A stretch of 53,602 nucleotides of DNA from Girardia tigrina (Eukaryota): assembly GCA_001938485.1 (NCBI GenBank), contig MQRK01229288.1:1-53602 (forward strand). The letters run 5' to 3'. Positions 25,101 through 38,270 of this stretch are shown here, one piece after another; position 1 is the stretch's first letter, and each line of letters opens with the position of its first letter. A program made the translations under genes and the position numbers. Under the pieces are notes generated by a model. The model did not search any database, was not told the origin of the DNA, and was given only the letters and a program-made list of their open reading frames with translations.

Positions 25101-27059
25101 CTTAATTTCTTCTTTTATTTAGGATTTTCATTTACATTTCCATCTTAAAATTGTTCTTATTCTTTTAATAATATTGAACATTCTTCAGCTAATTGTTTCA
25201 AAGTTGCGTCTCACAGTTCTTTAAACATTTAAAATTTTCTTCAATATTATTTTACTATTTTTAGTTTTTTTTATAAAAAGTAAGGCGTTAAAAATTCACA
25301 GTGCGTTTCCGAACAGTAGATTGCTTTCTTATACGATGTAAGAAATCTTTTTGGCAACACAATCAGATGTTTTTGTGAGGGATATTCGAAAGATCTTTGA
25401 ATGATGTTTGAATGATGTGTGAATATGTTTATTGTACGCTTAAATTTAAGGCAGCCATCTCTCTCTGGTAAATGGAATCAATTCTTATCAAATTCAAAAG
25501 ACATTATTATGAATTGTGTAATTATTTAATTGTTATTTAACAACTAATAAAATATACAATTGTCTTAATCTTTGAAAATTTGGCAATTATTTAAAAAATC
25601 CAAGAATTCAAAAGTCATATCGCAACCGTTAAATATGAATTTTTTTTGTAAATAAATTTTTAAAGAAGGCTCCACCTTGTAATATTCTCAATAATATTCA
25701 TTTTCAATAACACAAACCTATTAAAAAGGACAAAATTTAATATAGAAGGGACATGTACAATAATATAAGGATGACAGTAAAACCATTAAAATCCATAATC
25801 ATAAAAAAATATTATTTCCACTTGTGTCTTAAATTATAAAATTAATTACGAAATTTTGATGAATAAATTTAAATATTATTTTGTCCGAAATTTTTTTTAA
25901 AAATGAAAAGCTTTAATTAATATTTTTTTTATTTTTAAATAATCTTTTATCGTTCGAACAATACAAATTTTATAATAATCTAAAAGAGAAATTTCTATAT
26001 CCGTTCAGATTAGTGAGGCTTTACGGCTTCGAGAACGCTATTATGATTGATTGGGAATATTTATTTCTAAAGAAGATAATTATTTTATTATATTTTTCTC
26101 AATTACTTAATAAAAAACATTAAAAAAAGACGCAAAGAAAAACTAATTTTCTACAATTTTAATTAAGTTAAAAAATTATTTAAAAATATAATTATAATTC
26201 GAAATGATAAACAAGAAAAGTAAAAATAATACACGTAATTTTAATATAATTTCTTTTAATTATTAAATATGTTTTTTTATTTAAAAATGATTTTTGATAA
26301 TCATTTGTTTTAAATTGAAAATAATAATATAAATATGCTTTTTGTTTTAACAAATGGTAAAAATGAAAAAATTATTATAGTTCACTGAATTTTTTTATAT
26401 TTCCGGAACATTTTATTGATACAAAAGAATAATATATTTTTAGTTGAAATATTTATTTTTTAATTTTTTGTTATTCATATCAAAGAAAATGAGAATTTAC
26501 GAAATTACATTACAATTGAAAAATTTTAAATAATTATTTTTAATTAGATATTTACACAAATATAAAAAATTGTACTTATCTTTACTCAGCAAAGTGTTAC
26601 GAATACTTATTTAAATATTTTAATGTATATTTTTTTGTTATTCTGTTTGTTCCTAATTTTCGAGAACTGTAATCATGTATATGCTCTTAGATGTACTGAA
26701 CTTTTCGAAAGTCTAAATATTGTACCTCGCAACCTCTTACTCTGTTCCAATTTACGAAATTAGGAACTGCGCGAAATTTCAGAACAGTCGGACTACTTTT
26801 AGGAGGCCCTCAAACACCTTTACGTTTTAACATAGTATGCATACTACATAATGATCACTTTCGAACATGTTATTATTTACAATACGAATAAACTATCATT
26901 TAAAATCATATATATATAAACACAAAAAGTCAAATCTGCATACAAATTTGTGTACAAGAGAAAAAAAGAAAACATCAAGTTTCAAGATAACAATCTTATC
27001 ATCAGGTCAATTCACACATATACACATTGTACAAATTTTTGAAAATAGAAAATAGACGC

Positions 27060-27685
27060 CTGGGTTTTATTATAGATGTGCTACTGATGCTGTATGTGTT
27101 CTTCGTTTTCGTTGAGTAACACTTTATGAAAAAGGATCGAGCAAGTATCTTGTCATTAATCTAAGTAAATTTTTTACAAAATTTAAAGAGTAATTAGAAA
27201 AAAATATTGCTTGATAGCAAAGACGATGAGTTGGTGAATCGATCTCGAGTACTTGATCAAAAACATTGGCTTAAAAATATTGATACCGAAACGAAGAAAT
27301 TCGAAACTTGTCGATCGGATTGCAACTCATAGAAAGGGAAATTATTCTAGGATTTCGTGAATACATCCTCCAAAAGACATATCCAGAAACACTTTTGCAT
27401 TTGGCAACTTCCCTGAATACCATTCTAATATCTTCCAGTCAATGCAAACACGGGTTTACGAAAATGAATCTAATTGTCATCCCGACAAGAGCTTAAAGAC
27501 TAAGACAATATCAGCACTTATTAATCTAACTTGTCGAACCATCTCTAAGACTTTTCAATCCATCAAAATACATTTATCTCTGGTTACGTAGAAGACGTCA
27601 TGCGGTAAGAGATACGAACAGCAACAAAAGAAGTCAGGGGGATATATCAGACGAAAATTGGACAAATTTCTGGGATATATTAATA
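27060..27685 (+). pseudogene. hAT transposase C-terminal (dimerization domain) remnant
   Basis: NTILISSSQCKHGFTKMNLIVIPTRA resembles the T.P.SS.ECERGFS.MN.I motif. Followed by LFNPSKYIYLW. Confidence 0.7.
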
Positions 27686-27771
27686 AAAACACTTGTTTTA
27701 ATTTTATACATATTGTAATATATTTTCATTATGAGATAACCGTTTCATTACCTTTATCCTCCAAAAAGCAC

Positions 27772-27780
27772 TATATATAA

Positions 27781-27836
<56 letters not shown>
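27772..27836. repeat. (TA)n microsatellite
   Basis: TA run preceded by TATAAA units. Confidence 0.95.
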
Positions 27837-27839
<3 letters not shown>

Positions 27840-29019
27840 TAAATAATTTACTTAAAGATTTAAAAAAAATAATTATTGGACATGTTTTGATGTTTTTACT
27901 TCATTATCTGCAATTAAAATTTCATATTTGTTCGAATTAATGGGATAATTTTGTTGTTTGTTTTTCATAATTCAAGATATCATTGTATAATTATTAAATA
28001 TAATTCGGATCGTATCATGGTAAAAGTAAATTATTTACCTTTAAATGGTTAAATATACATTTTACTACAAAAAATAAAGAAATAAATGTTATGAAATAAT
28101 AAATAAATATTACTCAAACTTTATTCCATAAATTCAGTGTTCGTCATAATTAAATTATGTCTCTTAATTATTCTATTCATTATAATTTTAGTCAAGCTAT
28201 AGAAAAAGCAACATTTAATTTTTAATTAAATAGTTTCTCATGTAAAAAATATACAAAACAGAAAAAAATATTTAAAAAATATACTTTCTTTTAACTATGT
28301 TATCAGATATACAATTTTATAAAATTTCTTTTCGATATTATAAAAAAATAATACGAACTGATGACAAGATTACATAAAAAGATTTAATAATTATTTTTAT
28401 TATTGTAAAGATAAATACTTAATAAGAAGAAAAAAGAAAAACAAAAGATTTATAAATAATGTTAATTAGTTTTATTAATTGTAAACATTGGTATTTGTTT
28501 AATTTCTTTCCTTTAATTATATTATTTATTTTTAATAACGATGGACTGTAGAACTCTATTTGTGGGACATTAATAGGTAAAAGGCGAACCCACTGTTAAG
28601 AACAAATGTACTTATGGGATGATCTTTTATTTTCTCAATTTTTGAGTCATATGTATCTCCAATATATACGTATAAGTTTCATATTCGTTTATCGAATTAT
28701 TTGTTTTGAAAACTTTCCACCAAAAATCACTTTCTCAAAAAATTTAATTTTGAAAATCGCAATTGTAGAAATTAATTTTAAAAAATCAAAAAACAGAACG
28801 CGACGAAATAAAATTGAAGAAAAGAAAAACTCAAAAGCAAGTCATAAGACAAAAGACGAGAATCGAAAAGAAAATACGATAGTATTTTTTTGAATAATGA
28901 ATGAAACGCGAAAAAGGATTTGAATAATGATAAAAACAAACTTAAAGTGTCTAAAAAGATCGATGAAAAGTTCTTCAAAATTTATCGAGAATCAAGGGGA
29001 GCTAAAAAAACCTGTTTAA

Positions 29020-29464
29020 GGTACAAAATTTGAAACGTTTTGCTCTTAGAAGTATCTCTAATCTTAAAATAGAACGGTTTTCTGCTTCAAATTTCTGGTT
29101 GAGGTTTAACATTAAGAGATTTTAACATTAAGAGGTTTAACATTAAATTGATAAAATTGAGCAATAAGCGAAAATTTGCTGATAAAAAACGTTGTAGAGA
29201 TGTCTTGAAAATATAGAAAATATTTTTACAAAATATACAGTTGAAAAAAGTTAATGTTAAACTGTATATTTTAACATTAAACATCTCGAATGTTTAAACA
29301 TCTACAAGATGTTTAAAGATTGGAGATGTTTATTGGATTAAAGTTAAACCTCTTAATGTTAAAATCTCTTAATGTTAAACCTCAACCAGAAACTTGAAGC
29401 AGAAAACCGTTCTATTTTAAGATTAGATATACTTCTAAGAGCAAAACGTTTAAAATTTTGTACC
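29020..29464. mobile_element. Kolobok-type MITE with ~125 bp near-perfect TIRs
   Basis: TTAA|GGTACAAAATTT ... AAATTTTGTACC|TTAA. GG termini with TTAA duplication; arms 29020-~29145 and ~29340-29464. Confidence 0.8.
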
Positions 29465-29595
29465 TTAAGCTACTACAAAACGTACCAAATACTCCTTAAC
29501 TATAGCTATTTGAAGAAAAAGGTGATGAAAAATTATAAAAGAATCAGAAGAACGACTTACAGTAAGTCGTTTAATGGTAAATAAAAAACCTTAAA

Positions 29596-31673
29596 TCTAT
29601 ATAATAATAGCACATGTCTGTATGTATATATGTTTGTTAAGGTTATGACGTTTTGACTTTTTAAAGAAAAAATAATTTTCTGTGTCATAAAATTATGAAC
29701 TTTTTTTAGAAAACATTACAAACAGGTTCGATTCCTCTCGCTTGTAAAAAAAGTTCACCCCGCAATTAAAATTATGATTCGTCGTTTATTTTATCATGTT
29801 ACTGATACGTGTGGCTTTGCTGCAAATCATTTAAAACTTGTATAATTTAGACGTGTTTAAAACTTTAGAACATTTTGAAAAAATTCCAGAATATTTTAGA
29901 ACTTTAGAACATTTTAGAACAATTTAGAAAATACTGAAATTTTATGATGAATGTACCAAGCCGGGAAGTTACGAACCCCTTGATGAAATTTTTGATATTA
30001 CTTAAGTGAATGGAGAATGTTTATCTTGCTGGACATGGTATATGGCTGGTCAAAAACTATTGCTCAAGAAATTTCTAAACTCTTTGAAGAATTTCACATC
30101 TGGAATTCAATACAGATGATTGTTGCAGATACCCCCAGCGTTGAGACTGGAAAAATTAAAGGTGTTATTGTAAACTTGTAACGAATGTTCACAGAGAAAC
30201 GTATCAACATACCTCAGTATATCTGTTTTCACCACCATGTATTTAGTAGAATCCTCCGTTTGGTCATGGATGAAGAATTTTTAAGTAAAACACAATCGCC
30301 ATACGTCGAATATCCATTTGTATCTGAAATATTGAAGGAGTACGAACAACTGAAAACACAGTTTGATAATGGAACAGAAGTAATTTTTGAAACATCAGGC
30401 TAGAGAGATGATATAAATTTTTTGTTTCATCTCGCTCAAACGTTCTGTTTTTTTGAGGAAAAGGAACATTTTCGATTGATCAGGTGTCAGAAAATACCCA
30501 ACATCAGCAGTGAAAGGTTGAATACCAGAGGTATACTAACGATTCTGGCCTTCATTTTAATTCCTTCGACAAAGTACAGCTCTGTTGAGAGTATGTCAAA
30601 TTATATCGAATGGGTAGGAAGACCATTGGCTTACAGACTAAGTGTACAACAAAAAGACTTTAATAACTTGACTGAATTACTGAACCTATACAAAATGGCT
30701 CTATGAAAAATCATTGGAAGCAAGAGCCACCCATACTACAGATACTCATAAGTAATCGGACCGCAGAGCGTGCAATCAAAGTAATGGAGAAAATTTATTC
30801 ATAATACAAAATTAAAGACAAATTGAACCTTGGATTCCTTCCATGCAACAAGCAAGATCAAGAGCAAGGTCACCAGTCTGAGTCATTGTTGGATTGAATA
30901 TTTATTTTATTACATGACTTTGACATTCTAAATACATTTTAATACATAGTAGTATTTATATCAAAATCAATTTTCAAATGGCAAGTTGAACTATTTTGAA
31001 AAGATTAGCAAGTAGTATCTCATTTCATGCTTTTTAGGAAAAGTTCATCAAACTATATTACAGGAGCATTGGGTTGAAAAAAATCATTATTGTATGTATA
31101 CATTTATGCATGTCCGTAACTCTCAATGTATCATATATTTAAAGTGCAAAATGCGGAAGAACCAGCGCGAAAGGACGTATCCAATCTGGATAAAACTGTG
31201 AAGGTTGTTAAATTGTTAAATCAACACCGATTTGGATGATTCCTACAAAAAATGTCGTGAAGAACTCTATTTCTCTATATCGAAATGGTTTTTCTATATA
31301 CATCTTTCCTCTTGTTCTTTGAGTAACCCTTCACCCATTTTATTACTGTCCAATTCTATTATTGTATACTTTTAAAATTTTTAAAAATATTAACACATTA
31401 GTATTGTAGGTGGAAAGTTATTGAGTGTTAATTAAAAAAATTAACCTAAACCTTGATCTAAGACCTACCCCTAATGTAAACTCTAATCCTAACCTTACAT
31501 TTCGAAAGTCAGAAGAAATTCAACGACTTAAAAAGAGAAAACAACATCGAATAAATGAAACTCCAAAGAGCTTAATTTTAATATTAAATATAATTATATT
31601 CATTGAAATTTTGGGAAATGAAATTTATTTGTTGTTTTTTTCACGGGCCGTCGTGGCGGGTATAAATTACTAA
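29596..31673 (+). mobile_element. Putative non-autonomous Helitron bracketing a transposase remnant
   Basis: A|TCTATATAATAATAG..GTCTGTATGTAT at the 5' side. TTTTTCACGGGCCGTCGTGGCGGGTATAAATTACTAA at the 3' side resembles the end at 5127-5160. Pairing of the two ends is an inference. Confidence 0.4.
29960..30860 (+). pseudogene. hATm-like DDE transposase remnant
   Basis: MIVADTPSVETGKIKGV, YICFHHHVFSRILRLVMD, KIPNISSERLNTRGILTILAFIL and SNRTAERAIKVME match the DTT.NTG / C.HH / ARW.S / N..AER..K pattern. Confidence 0.65.
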
Positions 31674-32519
31674 ATAACTTACTAAAATACATTATTTATT
31701 CTAGATTATTATGACTAAAAATATTTTCAAATTTTCAAAATTTGTGTATAAAAGAGAAACTTTCAGATATGAGAATTTAGCTTTCCGGTGATACATGGCG
31801 AGTAATTTTCTACTGTCTAAATAAATTGATTAAAATAATATCATATTGAATATATACGTAATAAAAGTGCGTAGATTACCACTGATATTTTAAGATTTGA
31901 TTAAACAATTTCAATGAAAAAATATGAAAACATGGTTAAATCACTTTATTTTTTCTTTTGGGACGAATCTGGTTTTCAAGGGATTTTAATAAAAAGCAAC
32001 CCTAAAACGGAGTTCCATGGTGTACAATAACAGATTCAGAGATGATTAATTATTGACATAATATAATTAAATATCTCTGGAACTGTTACTACTAAGTAAT
32101 CAAAATATGGACTTATCATAATATAATATTTTAACAAAATTTCTGCACTACTTGATTAACACATAACTTGAACAGACAGAGAAAAAGAAGGTACAAATGA
32201 TTAAAACAGATTAGAAAATTAGTTTATAGAGAGCGAATGCAGTTAATAATTTACTGCAAGTTAATAGTATGTAGCCAGAAATAAAAATAATTATTATAAT
32301 AATTATGGGATCGATCAAAAGTTGATCGATCTATTTAATTATAATTGCTAGCGGCCAAAAATAATAATAATTTAATAGCTATTATAATAAATATAATAAA
32401 CAAATTAATAATTATTATTACTACAATAACTATAATAATTAACTATAATATTAATGACGTAAAAAAATAAATATAAATAGCATAAATTGCATACATAAAA
32501 TATTAATGCAGAAATTCGA

Positions 32520-33481
32520 TCACAGGTATCTGTAGTTTTTCACGGTCTTGAGTGCAATATGTGGTTTTTTTATTGTAGTAGAGCAAGTTGGGAGTCTATC
32601 TGTTTACCAAACGGAGCTGTTTTTCTTTGAGTTTCCACATCATATCAAATCGGTTGCACTACACATCTGTTGTGATCGATAAACCAGGTTTCATGAAGTT
32701 ATAATGGATTACATTTGAGACAAACCACAAAACCTTAGTCATCATCTTTTTTTGATTAATTTTATGCTTTGGATAGTGTTTTTGAGTTTCCTTTGTCTCC
32801 ACACAGTTTTCTAAACATTTGAGATTATCATATTGGATTGACTTTTTCTTACAAGTAGTAATTTGATTCAAAAGTGATCACATTTATAACGAGAAAGCCT
32901 CATAAATGAAGCATCCAAAGGCTTTTATTTCGTATTTTGATTCAACTCAGTGGAATGCCCTTATCGATATTTTTCATTTTACCGATTTTAACCAAGGGAT
33001 TCAATATTTTTTGTATTATAACAGCAAACGTTAGCGATTAATCATGAGCACTTTGTAATGGATCAGACGCAAAGATTACCTTTAGTTCGTCCTTGTCTAT
33101 TTGTGTTCCTGGGCGACCCAAAGACTCAATATTGAAGTTAAAATAACCTTTAACGAATTTCCTGAACCAATTTAAGACTGTCTACTAAGTAGTAGTATTG
33201 TATCTGAATAAACTATTGATGTTTTGCATTATTTCTAATGCAGAGGTTTTACGTAGGAAATCGTACTTCATAATTTCAAAATTCTGCCTATCCATTTTTA
33301 AAATAGTGATTTTTAAAACAAGTTATCAATAATTTTAATTAATTATTATTGATGTGTTCAATATCCAAGATATGCAACAATCAAACATATGCCGCATCAA
33401 ACAAAATGTTAAGTCATTGCCAAATGATAATCATGCCAATTTATTGTAATCATGCCAATAATGTCATACTTGACGACCTGA
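32520..33481 (-). mobile_element. mariner element (same family as 11988-13141), 3'-truncated
   Basis: TIR ATGTCATACTTGACGACCTGA|TA at 33461-33483. ORF 32659-32871 (ITTCKKK..INQKKMMTKVLW..VIHYNFMKPGLSITTDV). Confidence 0.88.
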
Positions 33482-35514
33482 TAATTAAATTAGTACACAC
33501 CAATTGAAAAAAAATAATTTTGAAAAATTGATCAACTTTTAAAAATCGAGAAGAAATTCAGATCAAATCCCATACATTAATCGATCATTTTATTATCAAT
33601 AAATCATACAGAAATAATTTGTCTTTTCATGCGCCTAACAATGCCCATTTTATTACACATTGACTATTTTTTATTGCTTTTCCTTCCACGACAAAATTTA
33701 TATAAATAAAGAAGAGATCTAAAGACAGAAACGAAGTGAACAAATGCGTCGCTCGAGTACAAAAATGTCCTTTAATTAAATAGACGAAACAAACCTTTTT
33801 TTCTTAAATTATCACTTAGATTTTGTATTAAATGAAAAAGCAAACACAACCCGTTTCCATGAATTTTTTAATGAAAAAGTTTTTTATTAAATTGAAAAAG
33901 AATGTTTTCTAAAAAAATAAAGAAAAATAAAAATATATGTTGAAGAAATTCTTTTAAAGTAGAAAAATAGGATAAATTGTTTCGATTAATTTCACTATTT
34001 TTACATTTATTATTTCCACTTTTGTATTACAAAACAAAAAAAAGATTTATCAATCTTCAAGTTTTTTTTGTAAAAGAAGATTAAAAAAATATTTGTATTA
34101 GGAAGAAATAAAATATTGAATTCTTTTTGATTGTTCTTTGAAGTTAAAAAATTAGAAAGACTTTTTATTGTTTCTTAGCGAACTAACACATTGGCTATAA
34201 CTGTTGTTAGGTTGGAGAGGATTTTTAGAATCTTGTTTTAAAGAAGATTCGGAAATCGATATTATTCAAAATTTTAGTTATACAACACAATACCATATTT
34301 TCGAACAAATTTTCGAGGAACATTCCTTCTTTTGGTCAAACCTTTTATACATAACGATAATGTAATATTAATTGGAATACTTAACTGGTTACCTTTTGCG
34401 ATTTCCAAAATAAGTTTTATAACATTTCTTTTATTAAAATTTTATCCATTTAAAAGTTGTTTAAAATTATTTCTTTTTAATTCATTTAAAAAATATTTTC
34501 ATATCAAAAATATTTCAATTATAAAGTTATCATTTTAATCTTTAAACATTTTTTTTATAAAAAAAACTATTTTTTTTTATTTTTTATTATTATAAAATTT
34601 TCATTTTTAAAAAAAAAATCTTTATTTTAAAAATCTTAAACTAAACTTTCAATTTTCGATTTTAATTTAAAATATTTTCAACCGTGAACTTCTACTATAT
34701 TTTAATTTATAAAACATTTTTTTACTTTAAAATTTCGTTCAATATATTTTAATGCATGAAATATTTTTAAATATTTTAAAATTCCATTGATAGATTTTAT
34801 ATATTAAAATTGAAACATTTATGTGAGCTCCAAAACATCTTAACAACTGTTATTAGAAACACTTTTTGGATTATTCTTGGGAGAAAAGAGCTCTTAAAGA
34901 ACTCTTAAAGAGCTTTTGTTCATAGATATCTTTTTCTATGAAATGAAAAAATGATATTTTATTAATCATTTTCATTTAAACATACATTAACAATCATACC
35001 TTTTAAATTTTAATTTAATAATATCTTTTTCATATTATCAATATTAATTTTTTTACTTTATTTTTTTCACGTTTTGAACTTTAATTTTTCAAATAATTAT
35101 CTTTTAAAACTTTAAAACTGATCTTTGCATTATCAATAAATAAAAATTTAGAATTTAACTTTCAGTTTGAATAATTGTAAATAAAAAACATTGAAAAATA
35201 TCAATCGACCTTTGGATGGGAGAGATGCAGTACAAAAAACAACAAACTAAAGGCAACACATACTAGATCATTAAAAAATTCCTCACATTATCTATTCAAA
35301 GCAAATTCAAGAACTTCCTTCATCAGGCGATATTAGAAATAACTTTTAAATAAGTATCAAAAAGAGAAGGTGCTTCACCATTCAAATCAAAGTAATTTGA
35401 AATAATTTAATAATTCATTTAAATATTTAAAAGTTATGATAAATTATTTTTTAAATCCAAAAAGCGTTTGTCAAAATCACAAATATTTATTATTGTTAAA
35501 ATTTTATAATTGCT

Positions 35515-36198
35515 AGATGGGACTTTTTTCTGATTGGTTGTTCGTAGTTTTTTTCTGCAGCAGTATGGGTCGCCAGTCGATGCTCACTGCATGTGAGCTC
35601 AATACCTGAGTTCGTTCAAGCACTTCCAACACAAATAAAGGAGTACCCTGAAGCTGAAGCATGAACTCAAAATTATTCTACAGACTCATCCTCGTCCAAG
35701 ATAGCCTTTCCCTGGAGCAGAATAATATTTCTTGGATTGTGTTTAGGATCATGAAACTCGGAAAAGTTGAGAGTCTCACGTCCGTCACAAAAGGCCTTCT
35801 ACATTCTTGCAGACTATAGAATGTTTGATCGGACAGTGACAGTTCCAATGGACGTTTCTCTGCCTGATAGGAAGACATAATCCAGGGGCTTGCTATTGGC
35901 AGGAATCCATGTACGCAGAACATCTATGACAAAAGTGTAAAGCAAAACTGTGTATTCACACTATTTATTTTTAATGGCATCGCAGAGAAGTTTGTATTTA
36001 TCCAAGTTGTCCCTGTTTGCCCTTTCCAAGTTCTCCTTCTCATTAAAAGGACACTTGACATCAATCAATACTATCCGCTTACAATAAGGAAAGAATACTT
36101 ACAAATCAACCTTCAGAGTTGAATAAACAAACCTGCAGGTGACATTAACATACAGTTCACCATTGCAATACTCTTGGATTTGTCTTAAAATGTCAACC
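35515..36198 (-). mobile_element. 3' end of an RLE non-LTR retrotransposon (NeSL/R5/R2-type): restriction-like endonuclease domain plus 3' UTR
   Basis: One frame with only in-frame stops: STLKVDL*..IVLIDVKCPFNEKENLERANRDNLDKYKLL..TFVIDVLRTWIPAN..SNIL*SARM*. This matches the PD..D.PF..K..KY..VG.LG.W..N signature. Stop at 35673-35675. Confidence 0.8.
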
Positions 36199-36213
36199 TT
36201 ACATCTAATGTCA

Positions 36214-37070
36214 ATCTTTCATGATCTAGATATAATTTTTAAATTAAAAAAATTATTTTCATCATGTTTCATAATTAAGTTTGTGAATTTTCTGAAACCT
36301 TCAGAGTAGTGAACAGTTAAAACAAAACCAATATTAATAATTATTATTTATCTGATTTCTATTTTTACTGCTACTTTTTGTATTTAATTTTTCATTTTAG
36401 TTATAGATCCCAGTTTCGAAATGGTCATTTTTCGCTCTTTCTATCAACAGAATAAATAATGGTGAAACATTATTGTTTTCATATTATACTGTGAACTTTA
36501 TATTCGAATGTAAGGAATTCATATAATTTAAGAAAGATTCAACTTGTTTTTCATTATCAAATATTAAAAAAATATCATCTACATAACGTTTATAAATTTT
36601 AGCTATAATACCATGATATAGACTTATTTTATCTTCAATCTTTGAAAGAAGTATCGAAGCTAAAGTTAGAGCTAATGGAGAACTCATAGCTACCCCATTA
36701 ACCTGTTGATACCATCCATTATTAAATAAAAATCGAAAATTCGCTGTGGAAAAATATAAAATTCCCCAAAAAATATAACAACCTTGATAAATACCGCATT
36801 GTATAATGTAAGAGATGTTGATTGTTTTCATTTATGTTTTGCTATTTTTGAAAATATAAGTGAAAAAACATTTAATGATAAAATTGTGACACAATTTGAT
36901 TACAATTTTGGAAATGAATTAATTTTCTTTGATTACTATTTAAAAGCCATTATTAAATTTTTGAAGTGGGCAATTTCGTCTTCTGTGATTTTGATTATAA
37001 TTATACTTTCAAAGTAAAACGATTTTCTCGAATTAAAATTTTTTTAGAATTTCTTTATTTGAAATGTTTT
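36214..37070 (-). mobile_element. Penelope-like element RT/thumb fragment (same family as 23.0-25.1 kb), internally deleted
   Basis: ORF 36484-36831 (QVNGVAMSSPLA..YKRYVDDIFLIF..MNSLHSNIKFT). 36220-36480 matches 23484-23760. Confidence 0.9.
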
Positions 37071-37984
37071 TTTTTTATCTGTCTGTAACGTAAATAACTG
37101 AAAAACAGAATAAATAATCTCACAAAAAATATTAAATTGGCCTAGCACGATCCCCAAACGTCTGAGTATCTATTCAGTCATTTTCGCCTATCCTACCGCT
37201 GTTGGGTTTTCAACCTGCAGATCTGATGAAACCTTTAGAAAGAAAAATAGGAACGAATGTAGTTAGATATACATAAAGGTACGCTGGAGTCTAGGAATCT
37301 ATTTTGCGTTTGGGATTAAAATATGTTGTAAAAGTAAAACAATAAATGAATTTCCAATTAGACATTGCTATGTTATTCACATCGAAACAATATGTTTTTC
37401 TCACATATCATTAAAGAAGACGGAAATTAATTGATAATCTGCAAATATGCATTGTTATTAAAAATTGAAAAAAAATAATATAATAGGTAATAATATAAAG
37501 AGATAAAGTTGTATAAAGTAAAATAAATAAGTATGATATTGATTGTTAAAACACAAAAAAAATATTTAAAGTAAGAAATATTCAGAAATAAAATAATATT
37601 CTAAATGAATACTTCAAAAAGTCCTCCAGGTACAACTTTTTCTTTAATCAATATTATTTTTATAAAAAAATAAAAAGATAAATATTTTTGTTTAAATTAA
37701 AAAAATTGCAAAAATCTTAAGTTAGCTCTTCAAGTGTGACTTGAATTCAGTAAATGAATAAAACTGGAAATTTTATGATTTATCGAAACGCAACTTTATT
37801 TTGTTATTATTTCACATTTAATTTCGATATATTTATTTTTGTAAATTTTAATTAAATTAAATAATTAACGAAAATCGTGTGAGTCAAACTCTTTTATATT
37901 TTAGTAATTTTCAATTAAATACGTTAACGTTTATCGATTTTTAAATTTTTTTTACATAATCATATTTAAATAATAAGTAATAAG

Positions 37985-38270
37985 TCCTCAAAGCCAACCA
38001 AAAAACCACTGTTATCTGCAAAAACATATTTCAGATCGTGTTGCCTTCTGCAAGCGTTATGGGCATTGGACTGCAGAGCAGTGGGACTACGTGCTGTTTA
38101 GTGACAAGATAACCATATCACAGTTTCCTAGCATCTCTGGTAATGTTTGGCGACCTCAAAATAAACGTTCTCAAAATAAACTGTCAAGATGCTTGCAAAA
38201 TTAATGATTTGTGGTGCTATTTCATCGCATAGTCATGCAGGACTGTGGTTCATGCCAAAAGTAACCACCA
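37985..38270 (+). pseudogene. Tc1 transposase fragment
   Basis: KKPLLSAK..RVAFCKRYGHWTAEQWDYVLFSD and LMICGAIS..GLWFMPK. Confidence 0.8.

Noticed and set aside
29700-29760. tRNA suggested by GGTTCGATTCC
   Set aside because: No A-box, D arm or cloverleaf.
31441-31498. Telomere or telomerase RNA template
   Set aside because: Short, highly degenerate CCTAA repeats embedded in TE-like sequence.
37223-37260. CTGATGA as a hammerhead core (also at ~648, ~28358, ~35322 minus, ~44084)
   Set aside because: No stem II followed by GAAA-N4-UH and stem I.
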